A DNA stretch of 64,000 nt from Diadema antillarum (Eukaryota). A program made the position numbers and the translations under genes. This document shows positions 1 through 11,179 of the stretch, in pieces; within the stretch, counting starts at the first letter, position 1; the number at the start of each line of letters is the position of its first letter. The notes below the pieces were generated by a model. The model saw only the letters and a list, made by a program, of their open reading frames with translations, was not told where the DNA came from and did not search any database. The DNA lies in contig NW_027271258.1 in assembly GCF_040938485.1 (NCBI RefSeq), forward strand, positions 372,001 through 436,000. Direction: 5' to 3'.

Positions 1-800
1 GGTGTGATAGCACGGTGCGAGCTTTGGTTCACGGGGCGCGCGCGCGCTACACTGTGGTAGCAGACGACAAATGGCTACCAGTAAACTATATAACGCCTCG
101 GTGACGTTGGAGGAAACTAAGTCAACTTTGCCGACATCTTCGACTTCAAGTTCTTTTCTTCTACCTCACCATACCTCTAAGTTTCTCTTTTCTTTCTCCT
201 GCGCCGGGGGGCCCGGGGTCTAGCAAAGTCAAATGGTTGTAAATTATCCAGTAGTCGTTCCCGCGGGTTTACTTTCGCCAAATTACATGACCGTATTTGG
301 GTTTCTGATGACCCGCGCGTCAACGACATAAATGATGGATGTTATTTATTGCGCATGTGCAGGGTCCTACGAGACTCCAGGACCGTTCCACGTGGTTGCC
401 TGCTCGGCTCAGTGTGAGAGCGAGCGCTGTCCACTGAGGATAGCTATCATGGTTTATTGACAGAGGACGATAGCCTTTATTTTTTGTTTCTCTCTCTCGC
501 TCTCACATGTTCCTGTTTGAAGATCGTTCTATAGAAGTCACCGTCCTCGAAAGAGCTCAAAGATTTGACTACTTGTTTCAAAACAACATCAAAACCCAAA
601 AAGGGGAAAACAACAACTGCGGACATCGCCTTTAACGGCAGGTATGGCAGGCAATGTTTTCCAGATATTTGATACATACTGCGTAGAAATATTCGGGAAT
701 AACGCGGTGCGTCTGATGGCGTTCCATACACGTCACCTCACCTCACCAACCATCGGCGATTGGGGGATTTTCCTATCCGTCGCACCATGCTGCAAAACAA
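1..800. promoter_or_regulatory. CpG-rich, repeat-free promoter- or enhancer-like block
   Basis: Many CpGs against the AT-rich background (e.g. ggggcgcgcgcgcgc near 33-47, gacccgcgcgtc near 310). TATATAA at 88-94 and an NRF1-like tgcgcatgtgca near 350. No coding signature. Confidence 0.3.
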
Positions 801-1251
801 GTAGCGCTAGTAACCAAAGAGCACCTAGTTTCAAACCCGCTGCAAAAAGCTGAAAATATGAAATAAAAATGTGGCCTATCATAACCAAAAAAAAAAAAAA
901 TTAAACTAGCATTAATTGCTCTCACGCGTCAAGTTAATGTGTACTGTACGGTGTCAGTGTAGCTGCATGTGTTTGTTCAGATATCACAGTTTATTTCTGG
1001 ATGAAAAAAAGATAGAAGAAGGTATGAGTAGGGTCGTGAATAAAGTCCTTTACATTGTAACTACATCAATGTTTTAAAAGTATATCCATTTGGATAACAT
1101 GTATGAGAATAAAAAACACGATGACTTGTTTTGCGTATCAGCACCCAGGAGCATCGTGTAAGATGCGTACGTATTTACTGTGTTCACTAAAATTGTAACG
1201 TCAGTACCAAATATCAATCAACATATTTCTGATAAAAAGTTCCGATGTTAA

Positions 1252-1603
1252 AGGTACTGTTTACCACTGGGAGCAGTGATTTCAAAAATGTTCAAGTTAT
1301 GACATTTGATGCATAATATATGTAGGTCAGTTCAGGGAGGTGACATCCTACCATATAAGAATTTTGCAATAAATCCCAAAATATAAGGAGATATCACTCA
1401 CTAAACCATAACTGTCGACGGTCTAGTCTAGAGACAATTTGTAAAAACTATTGTTCACATTTTTTGTATATTCAACAATACTTAACATTGATTTTACTGT
1501 TACTTTTTTACGCTGGTTGTTTCTATCCCTAACTCACATTTTAGAACTATTCTAAAGCACTAAAGCTGGGTTTTTATTTCATCTACAAATGGTAAATAAC
1601 GCC
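1252..1603. mobile_element. Non-autonomous TTAA-target DNA transposon (Kolobok-like family A), copy 1
   Basis: ttaa|aggtactgtttacca ... tggtaaataacgcc|ttaa: imperfect TIR with TTAA at both sides. Internal sequence is colinear with the copies at 21798-22696 and 41936-42298. Confidence 0.75.
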
Positions 1604-1905
1604 TTAATGGACACGATTAAAAGAAAAACGTGCTGAAAATGTATGATTCTGAATAATGGATTATAACCAAGGACAGCAGCAGAACAATATTGCACAGTCA
1701 TTCAACAAATTAAATGGTTCTGTGATACCAGCGAGGCACAATTTCTACGTCTTTAGTCATAAACTGGGCTGCCCATGGCTAAATGAATCTTTACGTATTT
1801 ATCATTTTGTTTGATTTGTTTGTGTGAATAAGATAGTTTCATCGGTGCTAACGAATTCCGACATGGATGAAAATATGGCCTTTTGATTCGTCACAACTTA
1901 ATCAA

Positions 1906-2415
1906 AGGACAAGTCCACCTTCTATCATACATGTGGATTGAGTGAATGCAGCATTATTAGTAGAACACATCAGAGAAAATATGGGGGGGGGGGAATGGGA
2001 CAATCCGTTCACAAGTTATGATTTTTTAAAGTATCTGCGCAGTCACTGCTGGATAAGAAGACTATACACTTATTATACAGTATGTCACATGCGTACGAAA
2101 ATATAAAAGAGAATTTCACAAAATTTTATTTTTTTCAAAAAAAAAAGGTGCACATTTCCTCAACTTGTCAGTGACGTATGTTAAGAGTAATATTCCCTGC
2201 CTTTTAAAAGAGGCAAGTCAAGTGTTCTTTTATTATGCGAGAAAAGTTAAAATGTGTTGAATTTTCTTTATATTTTCTTTATATCCTTCTACACATGTGA
2301 TATCACAAGTTGCAGTAGTCTTCTCATCCAGCAGTGACTGCGCAGATACATTAAAAAAATCATAACTTTTGAACGGATTGTCCGATTATATTTTGCATTC
2401 ACTCAATCCACATGT
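1906..2415. mobile_element. Non-autonomous foldback DNA transposon (Kolobok-like family B), right end truncated
   Basis: Starts tcaa|aggacaagtccacc. Perfect 22-bp inverted pair acatgtggattgagtgaatgca (1929-1950) / tgcattcactcaatccacatgt (2394-2415). A second inverted block is at about 2031-2065 / 2314-2349. Related to 21856-22402 and 55523-56151. Confidence 0.7.
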
Positions 2416-3919
2416 TTATCAATGTGTGTTGTTGTTCTTGGGTTTGTTTGGGTTTTTTTTTTTGTCTTGTCGGAACGACATCTGCAGCGTGTCAGCAATG
2501 TCAATTGCTGTTGTCATTATGCCACAAGCAGAGAAATTTAACTTGACAGCGTATATGCATGTACATGTATATTCCTTGATATCTATATCATTTAATATAT
2601 CATCTACCCCTAGATATCATAACAATCATCAAATCAGGACGTGACCTATACAACATGTTTTGCATGACATTTCATCTGAATGATTGCAACTGGTGGAAAA
2701 CGAAAATCCCCCCCCCCCAAAAAAAAAAGAAAAAAAAACTAGACGCAAGGCTACATCGCACCTCTCGGAATGCAATTACAGACGACTCGGTTTTTGTAGC
2801 CAAACGACCTGGATGAATGGAAAAGCTGCAACTTTCCTTCCTACGATGAATGGAGCTGATCGAGGCTAAAGTTATTGAGCAGAAGGCTAATATTCGGTCT
2901 GTTCTCACGTGACCCCACGATGCAGGACGGACGGGCAGGTCATTCTCGGCCAAAAATGCCGATCGGGAGAGACACATTTAACGCAATAAATAGAGAATAC
3001 AAATCAATGTACTATTTTTTTTCCAATGTCGCAGAATTACTCAAGACATCGTGGACGTTGTACATTTGCCGGTGCAGGTGTAACAGAAGGTATGCCAACT
3101 AAGTAACATTAATTTTTCTGTAAAGCGATTACAAGCCACAAAACAAAAATGATCAGAGAGCGATCATCAGTTACTTTTTGTGCATTGATGACTTTAAAAA
3201 AAAACCCATAGATTTTAATACTTTGATGCTTCCAGACGTTTGTATTCATTGATATATACTTGTAATATCTTTTTTTACTCACTTTTGAATTGTTTCGGTA
3301 AGCAAGTAGGGCTTAATCGGATTACGTTCACAATTTTATCGTTAGCAGGGTTATAGGTCTGCAAGATTTGTACGTGTTGTTCATACGCATTCATGAAAGG
3401 AATATTCAAACGAAAAGGAGAAACGCTGTTCCCTGTACAAAGGGTCAGAAGAATATCAGCGAAGGTCGCTAAATACGTAATACTTAAACCTATAAATGCA
3501 TACACTTACACTGAACATATGTGCGCGTGCGTGTGCGTGTGCGTGTCTGTGTTTTGTTTTTGATTTTGCTTCTTTTTTTTGGGGGGGGGGATTTTACACC
3601 TGTACACCAGACATCTGGCAAGCTCTATCCCTCTCAACTTAATTAAGGCTACCGATAAGAGAAGCGAAAATGCTAATTACGTAGTCGACAACACAAATTG
3701 TCAATACAGAACCATATAGAAAGAGCTAAACAAGCCAAAACNNNNNNNNNNNNNNNNNNNNNNNNNNNNNNNNNNNNNNNNNNNNNNNNNNNNNNNNNNN
3801 NNNNNNNNNNNNNNNNNNNNNNNNNNNNNNNNNNNNNNNNNNNNNNNNNNNNNNNNNNNNNNNNNNNNNNATTAATCCGTCTCTGGAAACGTCAATATAA
3901 CGTAACACTGTCCTTCTAA

Positions 3920-4677
3920 AGGATCGTATAGTTTTGGTTGAGACCTAACGTCAGGTTTATAACATTTTTGGTGAGATAGTGAAAAGCCTCTTATGAAATA
4001 TGAAAGAGAATGTTATTTTAAGAAGGATTCAACGTTTATAAGATGAAAATTGGTCTTGAAATGGCTGAGATATCCCCCAAAAAAGCAATCCAAATAAGAT
4101 TGACAGGCTACGCATTTTATTAGGATTTCTTTGTTTTTCCTCGTTTTTAGATATCTCAGTCATTTCAAAACCGATTTTCATAAAATAAACTTTGAATTTC
4201 TGTAGAATTGCATGCTATTCAACATCTCATAGAGTGGCTTCTAAGTACCTCACAAAAAGTTAAAAGCTGGATCCTAACCTCCACCAATACTATATACAGG
4301 GTGGTCCATGAGGGGTTTTAGCATGTCGCTGCAACATGCCAAAATTCTTGTGCAACATCCTAAAAAGCCAGCAACATGCTATGCAACATCCTCAAGAATT
4401 TGCAACAAGCTCAAAGTAAAAGTATTCAAAAATGTGCAAAACATGTGCATGACATAAGAAACATCAAACTACCAGGTACTTTAGATATTTGTGTGCAAAA
4501 CATGAGAGAGAACATTGAATGTAAGCAGCACAAAGAGAGATAAGCAGCAAAATATTGCGTACTACGTACTCATCGTGTGCGCTCCGCGCATATTCAATTT
4601 CTGCAATATTCTCAGATTCTGAGCTTGCAACATGCTAAAATTTCAAGTTGTGGACCACCCTGCTATATACCATCCCT
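3920..4677. mobile_element. Kolobok-like family C, copy 1 (right TIR interrupted by a MITE)
   Basis: Begins aggatcgtatagttttggttgagacc and ends ccatccct|ttaa. Colinear with 10180-10570 and 35436-35817 apart from the insert at 4297-4662. Confidence 0.75.
4297..4662. mobile_element. MITE with 12-bp TIR (hAT- or Tc1-like), inserted in a family C TIR
   Basis: Perfect TIR cagggtggtcca (4297-4308) / tggaccaccctg (4651-4662). Flanks share ctatata (4290-4296, 4663-4669). Subterminal inverted ttttagcatgt(c/t)gc and several gcaacat repeats. Confidence 0.75.
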
Positions 4678-6961
4678 TTAAACTCGGGCAAACCCATTAG
4701 AATCCTAAGCTATCCTGTACCTCAGAGAAATTACCTTAACTACCACTATTTCTATGTATCGAGTGACTTTCCCCCCTCCCTCCCTTTCTATCTCTATCCC
4801 TCCCTCTCTCTTTCCCTCTTGCTTTCCCACACCATTTCTCTCACAGTCTCTCCCCCTATCATTTCGTTTGAATATGTCCCAAAATCTCCACATAAGAACG
4901 TTATTTGGAACGCGATGCCCATCGAGACACTTTGGATGTCAAAGGATAACTCTTACTGATTGGAAAATTGACAGTGTGCATTATCCACCAGACGGGGATT
5001 TGGAAAGGGAGGCGCATTGTTGGAGGGGAAATACGACCAACATTTCTAAAACGGGAGAAAATCCCGTAAATTGAGGAAATTGTTTACTCTGTTGTTCTCC
5101 AGTAAAGTGGTACGAGTGCAAAACCTTCAGGGAACGGGGGCGGCGGGGTGGGGTGAGCTCGAAGAGAGACAGGCTTTTAACATGATTTCTAACCTTGTGA
5201 AATCCACACATACTTATTTATTATATCTTTATTGGAATTCCGTTTGATGCCACATCGTTTTCACAATGAAACGAATACAAACACATATACANNNNNNNNN
5301 NNNNNNNNNNNNNNNNNNNNNNNNNNNNNNNNNNNNNNNNNNNNNNNNNNNNNNNNNNNNNNNNNNNNNNNNNNNNNNNNNNNNNNNNNNNNNNNNNNNN
5401 NNNNNNNNNNNNNNNNNNNNNNNNNNNNNNNNNNNNNNNNNNNNNNNNNNNNNNNNNNNCACGCAATATTTTTGTCAAGCAAAAGCTTGTTCTCAATTTA
5501 CGTATGGCATTTTGGATTGAACTCCAAGAATTTTACAACACAAAATTGCGTACACACACACACACACACACAAACAAACCTACTTTATGATTCTTCTACA
5601 GACTTTACTGATAACAAATGTCCACTCGTCGATGTCGCCAATATGAATGGAAATGCAAATAGACGAGCTTTTTCTGAATGCAATCCTCGGCACTTCAAAA
5701 CGCGCGCAGCCAGATGATGCAGGGAGCGAATGGGATGGGAAAGCCCGCCGCGGTTTGCAATACAACCGTACCTCACATGGATGTCACGAAGACGAATAGA
5801 CCCACGGCGGTGGAGGGCCGAAGGACGGAAGACCGTGACGGAGGGGGGCAACGAGGAAGGAAGGCGGACGGAGATACGTGAGCGAGACATTTTCACCGGT
5901 AATTGGAATATCACTTTCATATTAATATTTGCCTAAGTGCCTTTGCGTTCGGTTACAATTACAAACGGAATAAGAAACGAGTGATCTGGATTGCGGTGGT
6001 TAATGGGTGGTTAATGCACTTCGGTCCACATAGCATTCCATGCCACTTAACGGGTTATTTGCATTCCGGGTCTTTGAAAAACAAAACAAATACAAAAATA
6101 ATAGAAAATGCCTCACAGCGAGTGAACAACCTTCTTCGGGAACTATACGACAGAAGAAGAAGTCAGGGAGATCCCTGCGAGTTGAAATATTCCACTCTCC
6201 AATCGCAATGGGAATGTGGAAGAAGCATGGAACGGCAGAAAAGTCTCTACCGCCCCCCCCCCCCCAAAAAAAAGAAAGAAAGTTGGAAAACTAAAGAAGT
6301 GCAATGCATTTCTTAATTTCCGCTTCGGGGAAATTGGCTAAATATCCGACAAATCCAGGCAAAATGCGAGGAGCGCAGTGCCTAAAGTGGGGCAATTATT
6401 GTAGTACTTGTTTACGGTTTTAAGTGTAATGCGAAACTCACTGCAATAACGCGTCTAGAATTTCAGGCCGCCATTATAGAGATTGGAAAAATGGCGGAGA
6501 CCAAGCTGGCTGTTTAGCCACAGAGAGATGAAATAATATGAATATCGAATTAGAAACCTTTTTCCCCGCGCTATCCATAGCTTACAAACCTAAGATCCGT
6601 TAGCATCGCTAAAGCTTAAGTATGCATTAGAGCGGGAGAAGAAATACATGCGCTGTACATTCAGCTTTCTCGTTATCCTTGAGCAACCCTATTACTCCTT
6701 TCTCTCAACTCCGTTCCATTCCATATTTACTCAGTTCTTATTGACAAAGATCACGTTTCCCTGGTTTGATGGAAGTGCACAAATCTTCGCATAGCAGATT
6801 CACGACTTTGTTCGTGTACATTTAATCTCCTTCCATAATCACATTTCAAATACGCGTGCGATTGTGTTACGCAAAACTGATTTTACGCAGTATTGAGTAA
6901 CAACATGTATTTATGAAAGCTACGTTACAAAAGAACCATTAATACAAACCAAATGTGTGTG

Positions 6962-7021
<60 letters not shown>

Positions 7022-7024
7022 TAT
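6962..7024. repeat. (TA)n microsatellite
   Basis: Direct reading. Confidence 0.95.
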
Positions 7025-7283
7025 CAGACAGCGCTGCATTCTCTAGCACGCGCTACTTTATTATTCAAATAAAATGCAAACTCTGGTAAGTATTAGGAGA
7101 CACTCCAAAAAGGCCTCATATTACACATATTCAGTTGCTCATGCGTACATAGCTCAAAATACTGTAATTTACTCCACTACACGCTTCAATAATGTTTGCA
7201 TTTGTATTATACTCTACGCAACTAAGGCAAACATGTTTCGCTCTACGATTTTACGTGTTCACATTCTTTTGTGTGTTGTATGT

Positions 7284-7451
7284 CAGGGGCGGATCCAGGA
7301 ATTCCGTAAAGAGGGGGCGCGTTTACAAAATTAAAGGGGGGCGCACGCACCCCTCCCCCCATTTTTTTCTTTTTATTTCTTTTGTTTCAACAAAAAATAA
7401 AGGGGGGGGGGGGGCGTGCGCCGGTTGCGGTCCTCCCTGGATCCGCCCCTG
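7284..7451. mobile_element. 168-bp MITE with 16-bp perfect TIR
   Basis: caggggcggatccagg (7284-7299) / cctggatccgcccctg (7436-7451), with G-run/poly-T interior. Flanks tatgt / tatgc could be a decayed target duplication. Superfamily not determined. Confidence 0.8.
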
Positions 7452-8378
7452 TATGCATCCATATTCAAACTGCATGCTTCTAATACCCCATACTAAGTCC
7501 TTCATCTAACAGCTACTGAAACAAGCGCAGACGCTTTCATGCAAAGACAATTTTATGCGATAACAAGCAATGATGGGGAAGGATACAAAGTCAAGATTAT
7601 CGTCTGTAAAGTATTGGTAAAATTGGAAGACAGGTAAGTTTTAACTATTAATATTTTTGTGTGGTAAAACCACGCTTTAGTAATTTATGTATTGAATAAA
7701 CTTATCTGTGTTGGCCTTACTTATGCGTTAAAAGTTGTGTTTAATTCAAAAATCATCGGTTAATAATAATCCCGTGTCCACGCTAAGGTGAACTATTCTG
7801 CACTTAGATATTTCGCTCTAAATTCGAGAGAATTTCAGAAGTGCCCGAAGAGGCAAAAGAATCTTCAGGTAAAACTGAGAGGTACAATAATAGCTTTATC
7901 AAGGTGGCTCAACAGCTGTTAAACAAAAGATCGCATAACCCTTTAGCAAAGGTCACGGAATTTGCATTGTTGACGAAAATTAGAAATTGGAATCATGTCT
8001 CCACACATCGCGTATGAAATCTTACTGTATACTTCGATATGGTTTTTTTCAAAAACAGAAATGAAAAAACTAAATCAATGTCACTATTATGCTCATCCTA
8101 TATTCCGAGAGTAAAGGATGGATTTCTTTTCTTCTTTTTTTTTCCGGGGTCCGAATAAATTCACCGGAAATCTATACTATCCCCCCCCCCCCCCCCCCTC
8201 CACCATAAAGAAGTTTCCAGTTTTAGGATTTCATCCGTTTGTCCATAAAGACTAGTTATGTATTTAATCATATGAATGACCACAGAGTTCTACTTTGTTT
8301 CCCTATCGTAGTTTGTTTGGTCCAGTCAGATTGATACTGTATTCGTTTACAGTAAGTAAAGACTATTACACTCCATTC

Positions 8379-8409
<31 letters not shown>

Positions 8410-9124
8410 AAAAAAGAGAGAGAATTTCAATGACGTGGAAAGAAAAATCTGACAATTTCCGGCGCTCTATTACCACGAATTAAACGATTGCATGATGTGA
8501 CCAAGCATGAGCGCTGAATACGTCACAAGTAGAGCAGAACTCAATGATGGCACAGTTGGTAGTATTAAGACGAGAAACTAATCAAAGATATCATTCCAAA
8601 TCACCTCCTGGGACCGTCCAATGATAGAGGAGCAACTTTAATCAAATAGTGCAAAAGAAACGCGCGTGCATTTTTCATACATGCTTGATGCGTCATGTGC
8701 TTCCAATGGTAATTTAATGGCACTTCCAGAATGTTTGGCGCGAACCAATTCTCACTATTTTCGTTCTCAGTTTTGCAGTGAAAAGAAGATCTTCCATTAT
8801 GTGAAAAAAAAATATATATATATAAATCTGACTTCCCTCGACGATTGTAAGGTCATCAAACACAATGTCCTCCCAATGCCTTCAACATTTTCTCGCTCAT
8901 CACTTTTTTTAAAGGAATTGTGCAAGACGGGTCGATTATCTAGCTTTCGAAGGGGTCCAAATGGCTTTGAGCCCCTGGTGAACAAGGAAATAAGCAGCAA
9001 TAGGGCGTCTTGTTGGGTCTTTATACAAGCACTCATTTCACAGTTTTCTTGGGGTTTTGTATGACAACAAAGATTCAGTTACTTTCATAAGTTCGGCTTT
9101 GTTTTGGGTTGGGATTGGGTCTGT

Positions 9125-9178
9125 TTCTTCTTCTTCTTCTTCTTCTTCTTCTTCTTCTTCTTCTTCTTCTTCTTCTTC
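9125..9178. repeat. (TTC)n microsatellite
   Basis: Direct reading. Confidence 0.95.
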
Positions 9179-10179
9179 GTCTTCTTTCATAGTTTCTTTC
9201 TTATTTCACTTTTATACAGCTCTATGTCTTGTATAAGTAGTGTTAAAATGGAAATCGCCTACCTCACTGACTCAACGCTTTACTTACTTCCCTGTCTGCG
9301 TGCGCTTACATGTCCGTTTATTTCATCTATCTATGATGTTAATATTGTGGGACTTAGAAAAAAACGGCCGTGTTGTGCTCTTTACAAGTTCGGAGTACAA
9401 CGTCAATTCATTTTGTAGCTACATAAGACAATATTGACATAGCAAAAATCTCACAATAAAATGACATGAAACCACGTAGCTAGGTGTAGAACGTTTCATA
9501 AACGGAGGAGGTGAGATAACATCTCTCATAATCTAACGGCGGAATGTGTACACGGAAAGCTTAAATGAACCTCGGCACATGACATTTTGGAGCGAAAATA
9601 TATGGCAGGAAATCGGTAGGCATTGCCATCGCGGAATCTTACAATCTTTGAAAGAGAAAAAAAAATGCGCAGAATAAAGGGATAACATTTTGATGAGACT
9701 TCAATGAAATTCCAAGGTGATTAAACATACAATTTTGAGTATCCCGAGACGAAAACTTGCGCAAATAGGGAATTCCTTCGGGTATATCGCATCGAGAGAT
9801 ATGGATGTTTAGTTGCGTCATTGTCGCTTTCACCGTCGTTTGGAGATCATCAAGGGGCCTAATTGAGACACACTTTCTCGATGTTAATCTTGTGACCTAA
9901 TCCGTCGGAAATTATACCACCGCGCGGGAATCGAAACTTTTCGATGATTTCTGACAGGATTGTAATTGACTGTGTCGACGAGCGACAGTAATAACACTAT
10001 TTGTCGCCCTCAACGGTAGCTGGTGTGAAATAACCATGTCGAGAACGATGTCACTCTATGATTCTCAATGTTTCCATGTAAAACTTGTCACCAGTTTTCT
10101 GTCACGTACGCCGGTTGTCTTCAAGAATACGTCATACATTTCATTATCAGGACATTATGAGCTTTTTTTAACATTTTAA

Positions 10180-10570
10180 AGGGATCGCATAGTTTTGGTT
10201 GAGACCTACCTTCGCGTTTCAAACATTTCTTGGTGAGATAATAAGAAGCCTCTTATGAAATGCGAAAGGGCATGTAATTCGAAGAGGAATTCAACGTTTA
10301 TTTGATGAAAATTGGTTTTTCAAATTGGCTGAGATATCCAAAAAGATCGATCTTAATAAAAGGTGAGACCCACTTTTTATTACGATCGCTTTGTTTCACT
10401 TTGTTTTTACATCGCTCAGCCATTCCAAAACCGATTTTCATTAAAAGAAAAAAACCCTCTGAATTCCTCTGAGAATGGTATGCTCTGCACTATTTCATAA
10501 GTGGTTTCTTGGTATCTTGCAAAAAGTTAAAAAGCTCATTCTTCATCTCCACCTAAACTTTACTATCCCT
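10180..10570. mobile_element. Kolobok-like family C, copy 2 (intact, 391 bp)
   Basis: ttaa|agggatcgcatagttttgg ... ctttactatccct|ttaa: TTAA on both sides, AGG...CCT termini. Confidence 0.8.
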
Positions 10571-11169
10571 TTAAAACGCGTATCAGCTTACTACATTAGA
10601 GTTTAGTGTCATCATTTTGTCACGTAGTTATTGGAAGTTGAATTACTTATTGAGCAGATTGCGTGGGTTTGTTTCGAAAACCGGCTGACATTAAGATCAA
10701 ACATCCATCTATTCCCCAAAGAGGAAAAATTAAAACTTGGAATTGACAAAGACCCACTGGTTATACATTTATAGCAAATGTTAAATGTTGCAGTAGAGTT
10801 GTTTTTCTCTGTTCTTCAAAGTGTTTCTCATTTGATGTCTATATGCATGGCCAACACAAAAGAGCATAACATAAAGATGCCCATGCAGTTCTCACCGGTG
10901 TTTAACGCTAAACAAAAACGGTTGATAGTAATTAAAATGATATTAACAATAACATCAACTGTCACGGCAGGATCAACGCATCATGGATACTTTACATAAA
11001 ATAGAGTGTGTTTTTGCTGTATGAATCGTTATCCTTTTCTTCCAGTATGCCACATACTATGCTGTAAGCACTGATGTAAGACTAGACTAGGGAGTTAACG
11101 CACAAAGGTTGTTAATTGACAACAGCGGGGCAGGGCGCACAGAGCACTAATGAAGAACCTTGACCATGA

Positions 11170-11179
11170 CTGTCAATCA
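11170..11179 (-). promoter_or_regulatory. PBX-MEIS/PREP decamer site TGATTGACAG
   Basis: Plus strand ctgtcaatca is an exact reverse complement of the TALE heterodimer consensus. It lies in repeat-free sequence, with a CCAAT box (gaccaatga) near 11387. Confidence 0.35.
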
